A stretch of DNA of 64,000 nucleotides. Source: Phoronis australis. Lineage: Eukaryota; Animalia; Phoronida. Every line of letters starts with the position of its first letter. The first letter of the stretch is position 1. The notes under the pieces were generated by a model, which ran no database searches, had not been told where the DNA came from, and was given only the letters and a program-made list of their open reading frames with translations. Shown here piece by piece: positions 1-15,200 of this stretch. Where the stretch lies: positions 768,150 to 832,149 of the forward strand of contig NMRA01000073.1 of assembly GCA_002633005.1 (NCBI GenBank). The letters run 5' to 3'. The translations under genes and the position numbers were made by a program.

Positions 1-271
1 TTTAAGACCCAGTTTCATGCCTGCTGTTCAGTGGAAAAAACTGGTTCTCAAAATGTGAGACTTACTAGCATTACGATTTTTAAATTGGTGTAAACCAATT
101 TTATTCCAATGACCAGAAACTTTTTATAACCTGTCATCAAACTCCAGTAATGCATTGACGACAAAACTGAGAACATGCAGTTGCTCACATCATATTACCA
201 CTGACAAGAAAAACATCAGCATTTCTTCAACTTTTCATTTCATAATTAAATCAAGGGGATAAAAAGTCTAC

Positions 272-3200
272 CTTTTTGTGTTTGTTCCTTGTGGAAAATC
301 CTCGATACCAACCTGCAAGAAATATTTAGAAAGTTAACGTATAGCAGTTTGGCGAAATACAACTGGTTCCATGAAGTGAAATTTCCATCAAACTTTTCAG
401 GAAAAGGTTCTGTTCTATAAGTAATATGCAAAATTGACAGTTTTTTATTTAGGATATGAAGGTCATTAAGTTATTACCAATATCTGCACTGGAAACTTAT
501 ATAAGAAAACCAAGAAATGTACCCAATGGAAGTCATATAATACAATACAACAGAATAACCAATAACAAGGAAGGACAATTCGGTTGTTAGGTGATAATGT
601 ATGTGGACAATTTGGACAGTATAATAGAAGTGCAGTCATGTCACATTGTCAGAATTTCTGCAGGTCATGTATTTTTCTGGTTCATAGAACTTGAGGGAAA
701 CAATTTAGCACTTGAAATTATTACAAAATTATGTGTTTCCATTAATAGGTCTGTTCTGGCTATGGTGCACACATTGTACACTTGGGGAGTTGAGAAAGAT
801 TACGATTGACCTGGTCCATGAGTCAGGTAATAATTTTCCAACACCTTAGCAATTTACAGCCATACATAAACAAAAAAATTATTGTTTTTAATTTCAGCAT
901 TTTCATTCTATTTGACTAGGTCCAAAACGTCAAAATGATGTTATATTAAACAAGCAAATAGAAATGAAAACTCTTGTCAGCATAGTTTGTACCATTATAT
1001 TATACTGGGTCAACTGGCAGAGGAATACTGTTTATTCATGTATATTGGCAAGTTATTTATAAGCAATGCTGTTATATATAAAGTTGATGGTAAGGAAATG
1101 AGAAATGTGGACATTGACGTAATGAGAATCATCGATAACGATTTCATCATTTCAGAGATGCCAAACACGAGATAAAACTGAACCATTAGACATGGCCACA
1201 GAACAATGTACAATGGGAACTGAAGATAAGAGACATACGGTATCACCACATGAATCTAGTCACACTGATTGAAGACAGGTATGATAAAATGACACAACAT
1301 GACAGACAAGTAAAATCTTATTTCCTCATTTATCCGTATAAGCGACCCCAACGAAACACAACCCTTCACGATTAAGAACTTCGATATATGAGCTATAACA
1401 CAATGTTTGGAAAATTCGTGAACATGTATTCAGATGCCTGTTTGAAAAATGACAACAACACAGCAATTCATGGTAATTATATTTGATCATACTCTGAGAT
1501 TTTACCACAGGCATGTAGGGTATATAGATAGCATGCACTCTTGTGTTTGGACAGGTGAACAATCTGTTCCTAGCACAGGTACAATGGAATCTTGTTGGTG
1601 ATAACAATGGGTTAAGCTGATAATAGGTGAAACCTATCTTCACTTTAGGACAAGCTGAGGCTATTTTGCTCAATGGGGCTTCATCAAACAAACATGTTCA
1701 GACTTTGAAGAATAAACCTCTTACAACAGGGCATTCAAAAGTAGGATGAAACAAAACCAGATGACGTAAAATTGCCTTTGAATCATTAATTAGATTTAAA
1801 TTATTTAACTAAGATGTACTTTCCCATCTCCTGATTTCCAGACAGTGACTCTGCAGCATTATTCAGTCAAACTAAGGTCACTGCCTACCTTCGTCATTGA
1901 GGGCCATGGTTCTTTTAATGTCTTTTGTAATATTGATTGTTAGTATGTAAAACCATATATTTTCCGAATCCTTGATAATCAGGAAGTTGATAATGTGAGC
2001 GAAAGCGTTACTCAAACATTTGTCATTACGATTTTTCATGGAGACCGCAGTAAATTCCACAGGTCTCATTTTCTCCTAAGAGGTTAGCAAATTTTGTCTA
2101 CATGTTCTATTAGCAACAAAACGGTGTCTGGGAATTTTTAAAGCCTTTGAGTCCGAGATCTCAACTGTGAAAAATCAAATCCTCAACTTTCCGTGAAAAG
2201 TTCAGAGGTCTTGATTTCTGACAGCCGAGTTCTCATGATCGAAGGCCTTAAAAACAAATTCCCAAACACCGTTTTGTACCCAATAGACCAAATAAACAGC
2301 ATTTATTACCCCCTTAGGAAAAATAAGACCTGTGGAAATTATGATGGTCTCAATGGAAAATCATGATTGCTTACGTGCAAACGTTCAAGCAACACTTTCG
2401 TTCACATTATGGACTTCTCCGATTATCAAGGATTCAAAAAATAAATGGTTTTACTTACTGACAATCAATATTTCAAAAGATATTAAAAGCATGGCCTTCG
2501 GTAACGAAGGTAAGCAATGACCTTAAATGTTGTTTTATATCAGAGATTCACATGCCCAGGTTTTGAGAACGTCTAAGTCACGAGTTAGGGGCAAGGACTT
2601 GCTTACTGGTATGGCAGTGTTAAACTGCTTAAGAAAGCCAAAACAATGACTGCGTTTGTATGTACAACAACATAAAAGGCATGCGCAACCTTATTGACTT
2701 TGCTTTTTACATTATAAACAGTCCACGTCCACAGCACCTCGTGTTCTGATGGCCTCACCAGACAGAGAGGTGTGCCACATGTGCTCAGCAAGCAAAAACT
2801 ACTGGAGTGCTAAGCTGAATTTCGTAGATGCAAGGCTCTCGTGAGGGAAGTTCGCGTGATTACGTGCTGTGCTTGTAATGCATCAAGCATGGCGATATCT
2901 CGCAAAGACCCGAATGACCATGCGTTTTGGGAGACAGTGTATTGCATACTGACACAGAGCGGACGACAGCTTTCAGAACACTAAGCTAACTTTGGTGCAG
3001 ATGCACCTTAGTCTCCTGTGAATGGTATCAGCAGTATTCTTCAAGAAGGGATATATGACACGCACTGCAAAATCTATTGTAATATTCTTTTGAAGGTCTC
3101 AATGTTATTGTAATGGAGTACACACTGTCTAAGGCATTCAGCAGGCACGATTTCAAGTGTATCCCTGAATACCATTTTTCTATCAAAGCCAACTGTGTCA

Positions 3201-6200
3201 AACAAACCAAACAATCGTTTAGTTAGGAATTTAGTGACACTGGTGGTATTTGACAATTTTATATTAATTAGACACTTTCAAGTTGGGAGTTTTCATGGTT
3301 ACTTTGAAGAACTCAAAAAAGTGTAATAAATCAAACTACAGTTAGATGTTAATGTAACTGCATCACACTCAGACCCATGGTACCAATAAAACACAACAAA
3401 ACTTCAATACCTCCCATTTTCTCATTTTAGGGAATTTAAATTCATGCCATGGCAATGTGCAAAGCTATTAGGGGTTACCATTATGTGGTTACCAGTACTT
3501 CAGATCATGATAAATGGTGTCCACGCCTGGGCAGTACTCCAATAGAAGAGGTATATACCCAACGTGCCACTCAGAATGGTGACTTTTTCACAATCAGTTG
3601 CACTACACAAAGGTGCTTTACCTTGTCGGAAAAAATTCCATACACATTAAGTTTTCAGTTAGAGATTTCAAAACTCTACAAAAGGCTCATTTTTCCAAAT
3701 CCATAAATCTACTGAAAACTTTTGTTACAAACGATAGTCATTTTTGACATTGCACATCTATTCTTGTCCTTCATCTAGCTTCATGGGTTAAAATTTAGCT
3801 GTCCAAGAAACCCTACATAAGGGTGCCGATTATAGAATTAATTTCCCAAAAATGCTTCTGCAAGAACATCCCGTGGAAGGCTGATCTTATCAATGGAAGC
3901 TCCCAACAACTGGATACCTTGTCACCACCCCTTCTCTCCTCCTCCCCCAACCCCAGGTCCTGCAAGGCACATAATACCAGCACAATGACTTCCTGGTCAA
4001 GGCAAATAACTACCTGGAACCTAATGTTTACCCATACTTGTGTACCTCATCAGTCATCTACCTTCCTGGAGAAGACTTGTGTACCTTTCTACGTAGGTCA
4101 TATTTAGCACGCCGTACAACCACCAGCACCAACAAAGGATTCCCCCCCCCCCCCCACNTTGCTTACACAGTACATGCAGACAGTTTAATGGCTAGACTAT
4201 GGAAACGATTCACCTATTTAGCACGCAATACTGCGGACAAGTGGATTTTTATTGTCTCAAATTTCTTATAACAAAAATATCAAGATTAAGAAATTTTAGT
4301 CCATTGTTAGCGTTCCATTTCTACCGAGTAGATGTCACAAATTAACGTGTTTGGTGCTGTATCTCATGTTAGCAGTAAGGTAGTCAAATTTTGAAAATAG
4401 AAAAATAACAATTTTGGAAATTATTATTGTGCGAACCAAGAGAAGAGTTATTGAAAAGCAAGATTGTCATATTTTGGCTATTAAACACTGAGCTAAAAAT
4501 AAAACCCATTAAGCAGTATTGAGATTCAATCGACTTACTTCCTGGTATGAGCTCTTCCAAAATCTGTACTGTCTCACCAATCTCCAGCGGAAGACTGTCG
4601 TGGACTTTTGACGAGAAGTTGTATATAGCTGGAAGAACAAGAAACAGATTGGCAAAAATACACTAACATAGCTATAAAACAAGCACAATATAAGTATAAC
4701 ATTGCAATAATACCTTGCTGCATTAGCACCCATGAGATTAATACTTAGTCAGCTCTAAATGATCTTTCCAGCTCTAAGTGATGCGGTCCACACACAGACC
4801 AACCCTAAAACGAGTTGCCGCTACTGGTTCGAGTGCTGTCTGAACGCTGTTTAAACTCCAGCCAAACTTACCCTACTTGTGGCAACTTACTCCACATAAT
4901 TCAGGTGGGGTAAGTTGTTCTAGGGTAACTTGCACCACTAGTAATCATGGAGTAAGGAGGAGGTAATTATCAGGTGCGGTTACCTACAGTCTGGTTTTCT
5001 TTTGCGTGCCTGACTCGCATTAGGCATTCATAGCCACGCACAGAGTGGCATCTTCCACCTTATCCTAGTTATCGGATGTGTGTGTGTGTGTGTGTGTGTG
5101 CGTGTGCGTGTGCGTGAGCATGCGTGTGTGGATGCTCCACTCAAAAGTGGGGTAAGCTGCACTTGGTGCAAGTCATTCTAGGGTAGGCTGAGTGCAGACA
5201 GCCGGGTAGCTGATGACCAGCAATTCGCACAGAATGAAAGAAAACATTTGCCTGAAAAATTGCAGAGAGTTCACATCAAGGTTATGTAAGACCTTATCAA
5301 CATGTCTACCTATTTAGCCAAACACCTAAAATATAAATTTTAACACAGTAAACGTATACATTTTCTGTGGAATTTGATTTTTAACTTTTTGACAACCGTC
5401 ATTAATTAGGTCACACAACCATGTTTTTTTGAAAAAGAATTACCAAAAGAAAAGTATATCTAAAGACAGAAAAACAATGGTATCAAAAACTTGTGTTCAA
5501 AGTCCATTTCGTGTAAAAGTTTAAGATGAAAAACCGTTACCATTTTTGTCTCATGCAATTTTTTGAAATCATAACTATGCTATTTTTATTATCTAAAACA
5601 AGAAATTCTAATAAGAGACGCAGAATACGTCGAATCGATCTGGGCAGGTGCTGTTGCTTCCTTCAGTGAGCATTATTTGTCAAATTTTGTGGAGAAACTG
5701 AGGCACACACAATGAAAACCTAAACTGCCACCAGGGGATACCACAGTGGTTGGATTAATCCTAAAATCAGACAAAAAACCAGGGGTCACCACTGTTGTCA
5801 ACCTGTCCGTAAATCAATGCCAGCTGTGCTCTCAATTCTACGTCATTATGGTTTGACAGATAGGATATGACCGAATGACTGAAGATCAGACATGCGCAGA
5901 TAATGTTCACCTCTGATGTTTAATTTGAGGCAACGAAACTACCCAAGGTGTTCTGGATGGAGCATTCCAAAGGGATTTTTACAGAAAACTAATTATCTAT
6001 ATTAAAGTTAGTAATCTATAAACGATAATTTGCTTGCACCATGCTTTGCTAAGTGCATAATCAAAATAATGGAATCCGGCATCATAAGCTGGTTTTTAAT
6101 GTGCTACTTATCGACGTGTTGAATCTGTTCTGGTTGAAGTTATATTGAGCGAAAAATAACACCTCAGACCTCAGACCATTTCAACCACAGACTATCATGC

Positions 6201-9200
6201 AGGAAACACGACTTGATTTTTTGTGATGTGTTGAAAATTCAAATCAAAACATTCAACATTCACATTCAGTGAAACGCATTGTCAGAAGTTAATGCCATAA
6301 GGACATTACGCCAAATGAAAGATGAATACGACTATAACACTGGGAATCCCATTTTCCCTTTAAACAATGATTTTTTGTTTTTCGGTTTCGCCAGGATCAC
6401 TTCCCATGTTACGCTAAACGTCCAGTCCTCAAATAGTCTAAATCTCCAATACCCACACTTGATTATTAGTCCACCTTTAAAGCACCATAATCTTAATGAT
6501 TGCTCATCAGCTCCCAAAACACACACAACTGTCTGCAATTCAGAGGCAGCACATTAGTTAAGCACCACCTCCCCCCCACCCTCACCCTCCCCAGATTGTT
6601 TAAGGCCCTGAGCAATTACACAGACAAATTAGAGCTACAAGTCATGCAACCAGGAAACACTCCTAAATCGCCCTTGTAGGTTCTCTTATCGTCAATTTTC
6701 ATCTGCTGACTTTTTCTTGTCCTTTTAAAGCTCTCGTATTTCATTCAGATTTCACTGAAGCATGCAACAGAACACCCGGTTGCATTTAAATTCATATTCG
6801 CTCGGCCATTCGTAGTCTTTTGTTATCCGAGTGAACTAAGCAACATAACAAAAGGGAGACGTAAAAAGACGAAACTGGTATGAATGATGCACTAAAATAA
6901 TTACGCAAATAGTTAAAACATTGACATGTTGGTGCCTCTTCTCTAATGCCTCCCACAGTGAGGACAGTAGTAATCAACAGGACCATGATCCTAACATGAG
7001 CCTAGGTCAAATACACAACACCAGATCCAAGAGCAACCCCAAGTAATAAGATTTTTGTATTATTTGATTATTAAGGAAACCTCCCTCTTCCTGCAAATGT
7101 CAGTGTAAGACAATCCCTTCCAATTCCCTCCACTTTTCAAATCCTAAAATGATTTCATGGAGCTAACTGGAGTATTTTCAGCATTCACTAGATAAGCCAT
7201 GCCATAATATTTATTCCTTGCTACACACAGCTTTGAAATTGTTATTCATCACTATAACAAAATTAAGGATTTTTAAAACCAGTAAACCTCTGTAATGTTT
7301 TCCACTAAATGCACTTAGTTATTGAGCTGTCTCTATAATTTAGAGCGCTGGCTTGAATCACATTTTACCACAGCGCCCATAACCTCAAGAGAACAATTCC
7401 AAGGCCCATAATTTTCATATCATTGATGAAAACATTCCCTAACTGGCCAACTCCCCGCTCATTTGTTTCAAAATTGCAATTAATACATTTTTATCTTCCC
7501 TGTACAAAATTAAGGAATGTTTACTGAATGATTTGAGAAGGTGATTGGAAGTTATTGCTTTGGAGGTCACATTCAAATATAATGACTTAGATTCTAAGCA
7601 TGAATGGATTTTAGAGAGTCTTATGACATTCCTGGTGTTATGTAGTGACCCAGAACTACAACAGACTGGTTCATTGATCAAAATAGAGACACAGTGTGAA
7701 TACCATATCAATCATTCATCAATAACACTGGGACATCTAAGATGGAAAGATCAATACTTAGCTGGACAGTTGTTTATGGAAGCTCACACTTCTTAAAAGA
7801 CGTAATTAGTTTAATTATGTAATCCCTAGTATACAACATTGATGGCAATGAGAAAATGCCATCAAGTCACATGTCTAACATGTCCAAACAAATTATTCAC
7901 GATACATTGATAACCGTTTTTTAGCTGTTTTAACTCACGTTCTTACCAGGAACTAAAATTACTTCTAAATAGCTATCATTTCAGCAGAGTGTCTACAGGC
8001 CTTTTCAAATTGACTTAACTCTGGTCTGAGCAGAGCATCGATGTAACCAGCGAAGTTAACTGGACCGTTCATACTGGCTTCGGTAGTTAATGAACATCGA
8101 AGTAAATGGTAGGTGACGCTGTCGTCATCGAAATTATCACAAGGTAGCGCTGCACGCTAAGATTTTTTTCAAAGTGACAATTTGGGAACATTTAAGTGCT
8201 AATTGACATAAAACTTTTTTTAAGTCGATTGACGATTATTAGAGCAAAATATAAGCATCTATTAGCGCTGACACTACCCTGTAATTGTTGATGATAACAG
8301 TGGCACCTGGCGATAACTTCAACAGGACAGAAGTTGACCGTTCATACTGCACCGCAGTGTCAACGCTGAGCTGCTAATTCCACCTGTTCCGACTGTGATG
8401 TTAACTGGACTTTGTTGTTAACTTTGATCCAGGACCGAAGTTAAGAGTTCATAATGACCGCAACACCACAAACCATCGACGCATCGACGTTAGTATGAAA
8501 GACCCTTATGACCAAGAAAATATGTTGTTTGAGAGGGTTGTTGATAGCTCAAAGCTTGGCACAAATTGTCTAGTTTGGGATAAAACAGTTGCAAATCTGA
8601 CAATTTTCTTCTTCTTTTGGAGACTTAATTGTTTCATAGCAACAAACGCTCATACTTTTACCAAACGTTCTCTAGTGATAGCTGTATGTTGCAAAATATG
8701 CTAAAAGCAAAGAAATCATCCAGATAAGTTAATTTTGTTAATAAATCGCATCCAGAAACAAAATATCACTTGTCCACGATATTATGTCCCAAATTGAAGA
8801 ATGCTACCCAATACTATTAGTCTATCACCATGTTTTAATAGAAAACATTTATTATTTGAAAGCATGAATTCCACTCAATGACAACTATTGGTACTTGCAC
8901 ATAAATAGTCACTTTGTTGCAAGGTTTGGCATTAGATGCACTTAAAGGTCCACTATTCTGAATCCATAGGGGGTAATAAACAATTGTCTTTTCAGTCAGG
9001 ACCACAAACCTCTTGTGAAGTTGTGTTTCCTTACACAGGCCAACTGGGGCAGTGGTCTAACTACAAGCAGGGTTCACAATCACAAACAACTACTTTCACA
9101 GGACTTGCATGTAAATGTAGGCCTATCGAGTGTGAATGACACCTGGGATTTACACGGGTCCACAAAATTCTGAGCCACTATGGGAACTAGTTACGTCCCC

Positions 9201-12200
9201 CAAGCCCAAAATGTGGAAAAAAAATGCAGTCGGATGAACTTGTGACAACAGCTGAAGCTGTTTCATGGTTTAAATTAACCCAATTATTGAAAGTTATTTA
9301 TCACAAACTGGACAAATGACACAAAAACAAAACACAAGTGTCATGAACTTAATGGTGTAATGAAAACCAGATAGCAGTCTTCTCTAATAGCAGGTCACTA
9401 TGTGCAAATTAAAATCGATTCAATCTGAGAGATGTTCAGTTGACAAGGTATTGTGTTGGTCTGGTATCTCCTAGCCGTTATGTGGAAGTCAGTCCTCCCA
9501 ATATTTAATGCAATCTTTTTTGGTAACAGATCAACTTTTCTCAATGGGATGTCTCAAAACTGTCATGCTTTTATCTCTTTTGGTAAGATGGTCAACTTCC
9601 CACTTCATAGTGACCAGTAATTTCCAGATCAAGACCGTTCAGGAGGTCTCAGTAGAAGTTGACAGGCTCATTAATTCATAACACATGGGTGACTAAAGAC
9701 TGTTTATTTTGGCTACCAGTACACTGTGTGGGTTACACAAGTTCCTATGACTGGACAAAACACTTGCAATTTTTCAGAGGTGAAATTGCTTTTGTTTTGA
9801 TTTTATCAAGTTTGCATTTTAAATTCATGCTGCAAGACCGAATCTTCCAAGACAAAATGCGATTCATCGGTGCCCTTTGACTAAAGGGTATGTAAACGGG
9901 ACTGACACGGAGCAAATTTATACAGCGGTGACAAATTTGCCACCCGTTTGTGAGGTACAGCAATTTGCGCCCGAACATCTTGCTCCATGTCAATTATATT
10001 TTCGCGAAACTGGTACAAGGCGGAAAGGATCATCTCTACTGCGCTTACCTAATGACCTATATACGGGTTCTTTGTCTCTGCAACTCTCGTCATTTATAAA
10101 CCTGCACATGTGCGATCCAGTCCCTCCAGCCTGTAATTTCCGTCTTGCCACAGTTAGTGAGTTGTGTGTAAATGACCGCTTGACACGGGTCAATTTGCTC
10201 CGTGTCAGTTGCGCCAGGCCAAAAGTTGATGTCTAAATGGGACTTAACATTCACTAGCTCCGGCATTATTCATTCAAAATGGCAGGGGGCGTGTTAATTT
10301 TAAATCCATCCCTATTATTATTCTACTAAGCCATCTGGTGTTTAATCCAGAGAACTAATAGCTCCAATGTCTCTAGCGCGGAGGAGCAAGTGGCGTGCAG
10401 CATGGGGGGATGGGGGGGGGGGGGGGNGCAGTCAATACAAAAAGTAGTGCAGTTGTGATGTACTTCTGACAGACTGGAATTCCCCTAATGGTAAAGTTTC
10501 TGAAAGAGCCCCGCCACTTTTTTCAGAAAGACCTTGTGAGCTGTTAAAGGATGTGGTAAGAAAATCCCCAACTTCGAATCAACAAAGTTAAGAGTCAGCA
10601 GCCCAAATTATATTAGGCTAACTGGTCCCAGTTTACCCCCATCTTCTAACCTGGTTTAATATTTGCACCCCAACGCATAAACAGAGGTTAAACTTAATGT
10701 GTCTCAATGGTCAAAGTCTACACATAATATATAAGGACAGAGTGTGAAAACAGTGATTACAGGGAAGCAATGATGACAATTAAAGTATTTGTGAATGTGA
10801 GTCATGTGTAAAAGGAAAATGTCAAGATTCATTCACATATGAGATGTATATTTGTTCAATGGACCTTAAACCAAGTATTCTTAACAGACTTCCTTGATAA
10901 GACAACCAGTCTCTAAAAGGTATGGATTAACGTTCTTATCCCTTTTAAAAAGAGGTTAATTTCATGACTCACTATCAAAACATGCTCAGAATAAAAATGA
11001 AAAAGATGCATCACTACAAAATGATATAGGCCACAGTCGCCCAGTCAACTTGGAAAGACAGGAAATCAAACTTGCGGGTATCATTTTCACCAAATGCAAT
11101 GTTGAGATCAGGCTTAATAAGCTTTAATGCCTACGCTATAATCTGACATCATTATAAGAAGTCAGGCCAGTGTTCCATAGAGCAAACAAACTACCGAAAA
11201 ACAAGATTACGCATAACTTGCGAGTTATCGTCACATTTTCAAGTGGAGAATACGATCACACCGGCTATAATAGTTCAATATGCACATCTACGGAATGCAT
11301 CCCAGGTTTATAGACACCTCCAAGCTTGAAGACGGTGTATAATTGGGCCACAATTAAGTTTTCAATGATGATAGCAAAATTACTAGTTCCACAGTTCATT
11401 TGAAAAGTGATCACTGATGCCGCTAATGAGTAAGTTTTGCCTAAGATGAAATCACCGAATTCATAGCATGTCCCGTGGTAGCTCATTAGAAACTCATTCC
11501 ATAGCACCTTGTACTTTGTCTTAGGATTCGTACAAGTGCCGCTGTCATCAAGAAGCTTGTTCACCAGGAGTGTTCATCTAAGGTTCTTCTTAAATGGAGC
11601 AGAGTCATTCGGATATTTAGTGATGATGTTTTTTCCACTTTTTTGAGGGAAAAATAGAAATAGAACTGCACAGTCAGATCACATAGTCAAAGGTTTTGCA
11701 GGTCTTAAGACTTCCGATTCGGGTAACTATGTATGGCAATTAACACTTGAATTTTTTTAAAGGCAATGCTAAACAAAAAAGACCTGTGGAACATGTATGA
11801 CAGCTTAACACAAACAATGGACTAGATTTTTTGAATATTTTTGCGAAATGTTTGGAAAAATTAAGTCATGTAAAAGGTCGGAGGCATGTTTAAAATGTTG
11901 AATCATGTTTGAAAATCCCGAACTTTTTTGCTTTACAAGGAAGATCATTGAAATTGTATTGTATAGTTGTACTAAATTTTCATTCTCTTGCAGTAAAAAT
12001 GATTATATTTGGAAAGATTTGGATGCAAAAACACAACCCGCAAACACTAGGTTACTCATAGTCAAAAGCACTGTCATAGCCAGCTTAGACACACTGTCCC
12101 GCAACACAACAAATTTGTTTTTGTCGGCAACACATTTGTTTCCTCACCAACCAAACTGATTTGAAAGTCACAATTGTTATTATAATATAAAAACACTATT

Positions 12201-15200
12201 CACAGTGAGGTGCACACACTGCACTCCACCTGTTTGTAGTCAATGGTCTGGCAATAACTTCTACTCATAGTCTTGGATCACCCTCTAAGTTTGAAAAACT
12301 TGAAACACCTGCAACAACTTATCTCGCCTTACCCCACTTGCCGTTTTGAGGTAGGGAAACACTGGGTCACTTTCCGCAGTGCAACAAGAAAGTAGTTGCC
12401 AGCTGCGGCGTTGCAAAGTCATATAAAAGAGGGCGTTCATTTTCAAGCAAAATTTTCTTCCGAAATAACATTTCTCAAGTTTCCTCATCAGTTGACTTAA
12501 ACCATCTTCTACTGACATAAAACTCCTTTTCACTGAGAAATCCTAACCTGTTAGTGCGACACCTTCAATTTGTGAACTCACTGCAAATTACATCACTTCT
12601 GTCAGTGCATGGGCTGTCTGCAGGAACCCACTGAGTATCTAGTTTCAAAATGGAACTACCGTAATCGTTCGGGTTAACGCCCTGGGCGGTTAAATTGGCG
12701 AATCCAAAAATCGGGGGAGGGCGCTTAACCGAGCAGTGGGCGGTTAAATCGAAAATCCACTTAAAGTCGGGGATGGGCGGTTAACTGAGCATGGGCGTTA
12801 ACCCGAACGATTACGGTAATTCGCATATACTAGGGACGGTTAACCAGACCTATACAATGTAAGGGAATCAGTGGTTGCCGATTTTTATGACGAGTTCTTA
12901 AATGGCAGATTTGAAAACGTTTTAATAAGAGACGTGTCCATATGGAACAGAGACTCTGTACTCTCGTAATCCAGGTATGTTTTGCACCAACAGTGAATGT
13001 GGTGCATTGCATATTTCTTTCGAAAACCAAGCAGACATTATCAGGCATGCAAGTCACCAATTTTGGAAACACTAATTTTGTACGAATGTGCCCTACATCA
13101 TGTTACACTCAGTTACATATACAACTAAACAGTTGGCAAAAATACATTCACTGACTATTTGATATTTTGTAATTCTAATTGTACCAAACTTTTGATTAAG
13201 CATGAAGCATGTACCCTCTTAAAATTCAGGTACCGTACACTCGCACCAACTTTGGACAAAAAATAGTTTTTAATATCGCATTTTCCAAAGTTCTAGTAAA
13301 CATTGTTGTGAATACTCATGCCTTTTCAAAACATTGTCTGCTAATAGTTATGGTGAAGAACTTAAACATTAATTTGGTGATACTATCTCATCTAAATTTG
13401 AGAAAATAAAATTTTGCATCAGGGTCATATAGCATCATGAATTAGAGAGCTTTTACCAAAATATAATCTGCATCAATAGGAATATTATCCTAAAACATTC
13501 AAGTGAAGTCAAGTTCCAACTAAAAACCTGAGCTAAATGTGGGAAATTCCTAGAATTTGGTTTTCTCCACTAATCTTTCTGAGAGGGAAAACATAATGAT
13601 AATTCTAAGTATTGGAAACAGCAAGCCACGCATAGAGGTAAACAGTTTATTGTTATTACTACAACAACTAATCAATAGGTGTTTAACAAACAACCAGTTT
13701 CTTGGTTTAGATATCAGTTTCATACCTTTTTATAATCAATTGTAATACAGCAATATGCTATGTAGTAGAATGAAAACTAAAAACAACTACTGTAAGAAAT
13801 TTACATTATATACGTACATAACCAGTGCAATACCAATTTGAAAAACCAAAGCTTTCAAACCCATGATGGGTTCAGTGTTTGCGCATGCTGGTGTTTACAA
13901 CAAAATGACAATTTCGATTGAAAGAGCCGGCTAAATTTGAGACATTAAAATGTTAGATACCAGTAAAATTTTATCCTTTGAAGTGACTTTTTCACTGAAA
14001 GTAAAATTATTTAGACTATCATAACAAGTTACTCAATAGTTTTATATCGAGACATGACTATTGATATTTCAAGGTAAGATCACAAACAGTATCATGTGTG
14101 TCTCAAAAATACATAATTATATTTTTAGGTTACTAAACTGGCGTAGTGTCGTTTCGGTAGAAAGTGATGAATGCATTCGCTCCGTTACGAACGTTTAACA
14201 ATCTCACACAATATGGTGGACAGGTGAAATTTTATTGTTTTCATTTTTTACATATAATAATTTACAGTAATTACATGATGCTTATCGATATCCTAGTTCT
14301 GTACAATAGCAACCAACAGTCAATATTTTACGGGAAAAATGTGGGCACTCACAACAATGTTGCAAGCCCTTGAAAAATCAAAAGCTGTAATTTTAAGAAT
14401 AATTTTTGTCCATAATTTCTGAAATTTACTACAGTCACAAAGTGAGTTTCCTAAGCTGTTTTTGCTAGAACTCAGCGGTGACAAAGTGAGTTGCCAAGTA
14501 TGCTGATCCTAACTCAGCAGTGACAAAATAGTATCCAAGTCATGGATTTGGAAATCGTACGAGCTAGCATTCTGTTCAGCTCATTATTAAATATTCTCTT
14601 CTGTACAAGAGTAAATCAAGTTTAAAGAGGCAAACTCATTCAATGTGATTAAGTACAGTTGACTGAGACATAAAAATGGCAATTAGATGGCACAGAATAT
14701 GTCGAACCCGTTCAAAATTGGGAAAGTGTCGTCGTCTCTCTATTACAAAACTGTTCGTCAAATTTCATAAAAATCCACCCCGGAACTCAAAATATACAGA
14801 GGCAGGCGCAAAAAATCCTATTGCCATTAGAAGGCACAGTGGTGGTCGAATTCGTTCACCTGATGTCAAGTTAATAGGAATAGACTTGAAAATTTGTGAT
14901 CTTGCAAGGGGTTTAGTAGATAGAACCGTAGATGTGAAAACAATGTCACTAGGTGGCACCACAGTTACGTTGGACCCACCTGAAAATCCATGCCAGTCAT
15001 GCTCATGTCAGAAGGAACATGTCTGCCAAGATTTCATAATGGTCCTCTGAGCAGTTTGGCCAATACGTGAGAAGCAAACGGAAAAAAATGGACTAAAAAT
15101 AATTGACCTGGCCACTACGTGGCACAAAATACGTCGAATCCATCGCAAACTGGAAAGACAGCGTCATCTTCATAACAGAAACTTGCTTCCAAATTTCATG

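Noticed and set aside
1878-2520. Two similar ORFs on opposite strands (63 and 62 aa) resembling a duplicated gene pair
   Set aside because: They are mirror images created by the palindromic MITE and show no protein motifs.
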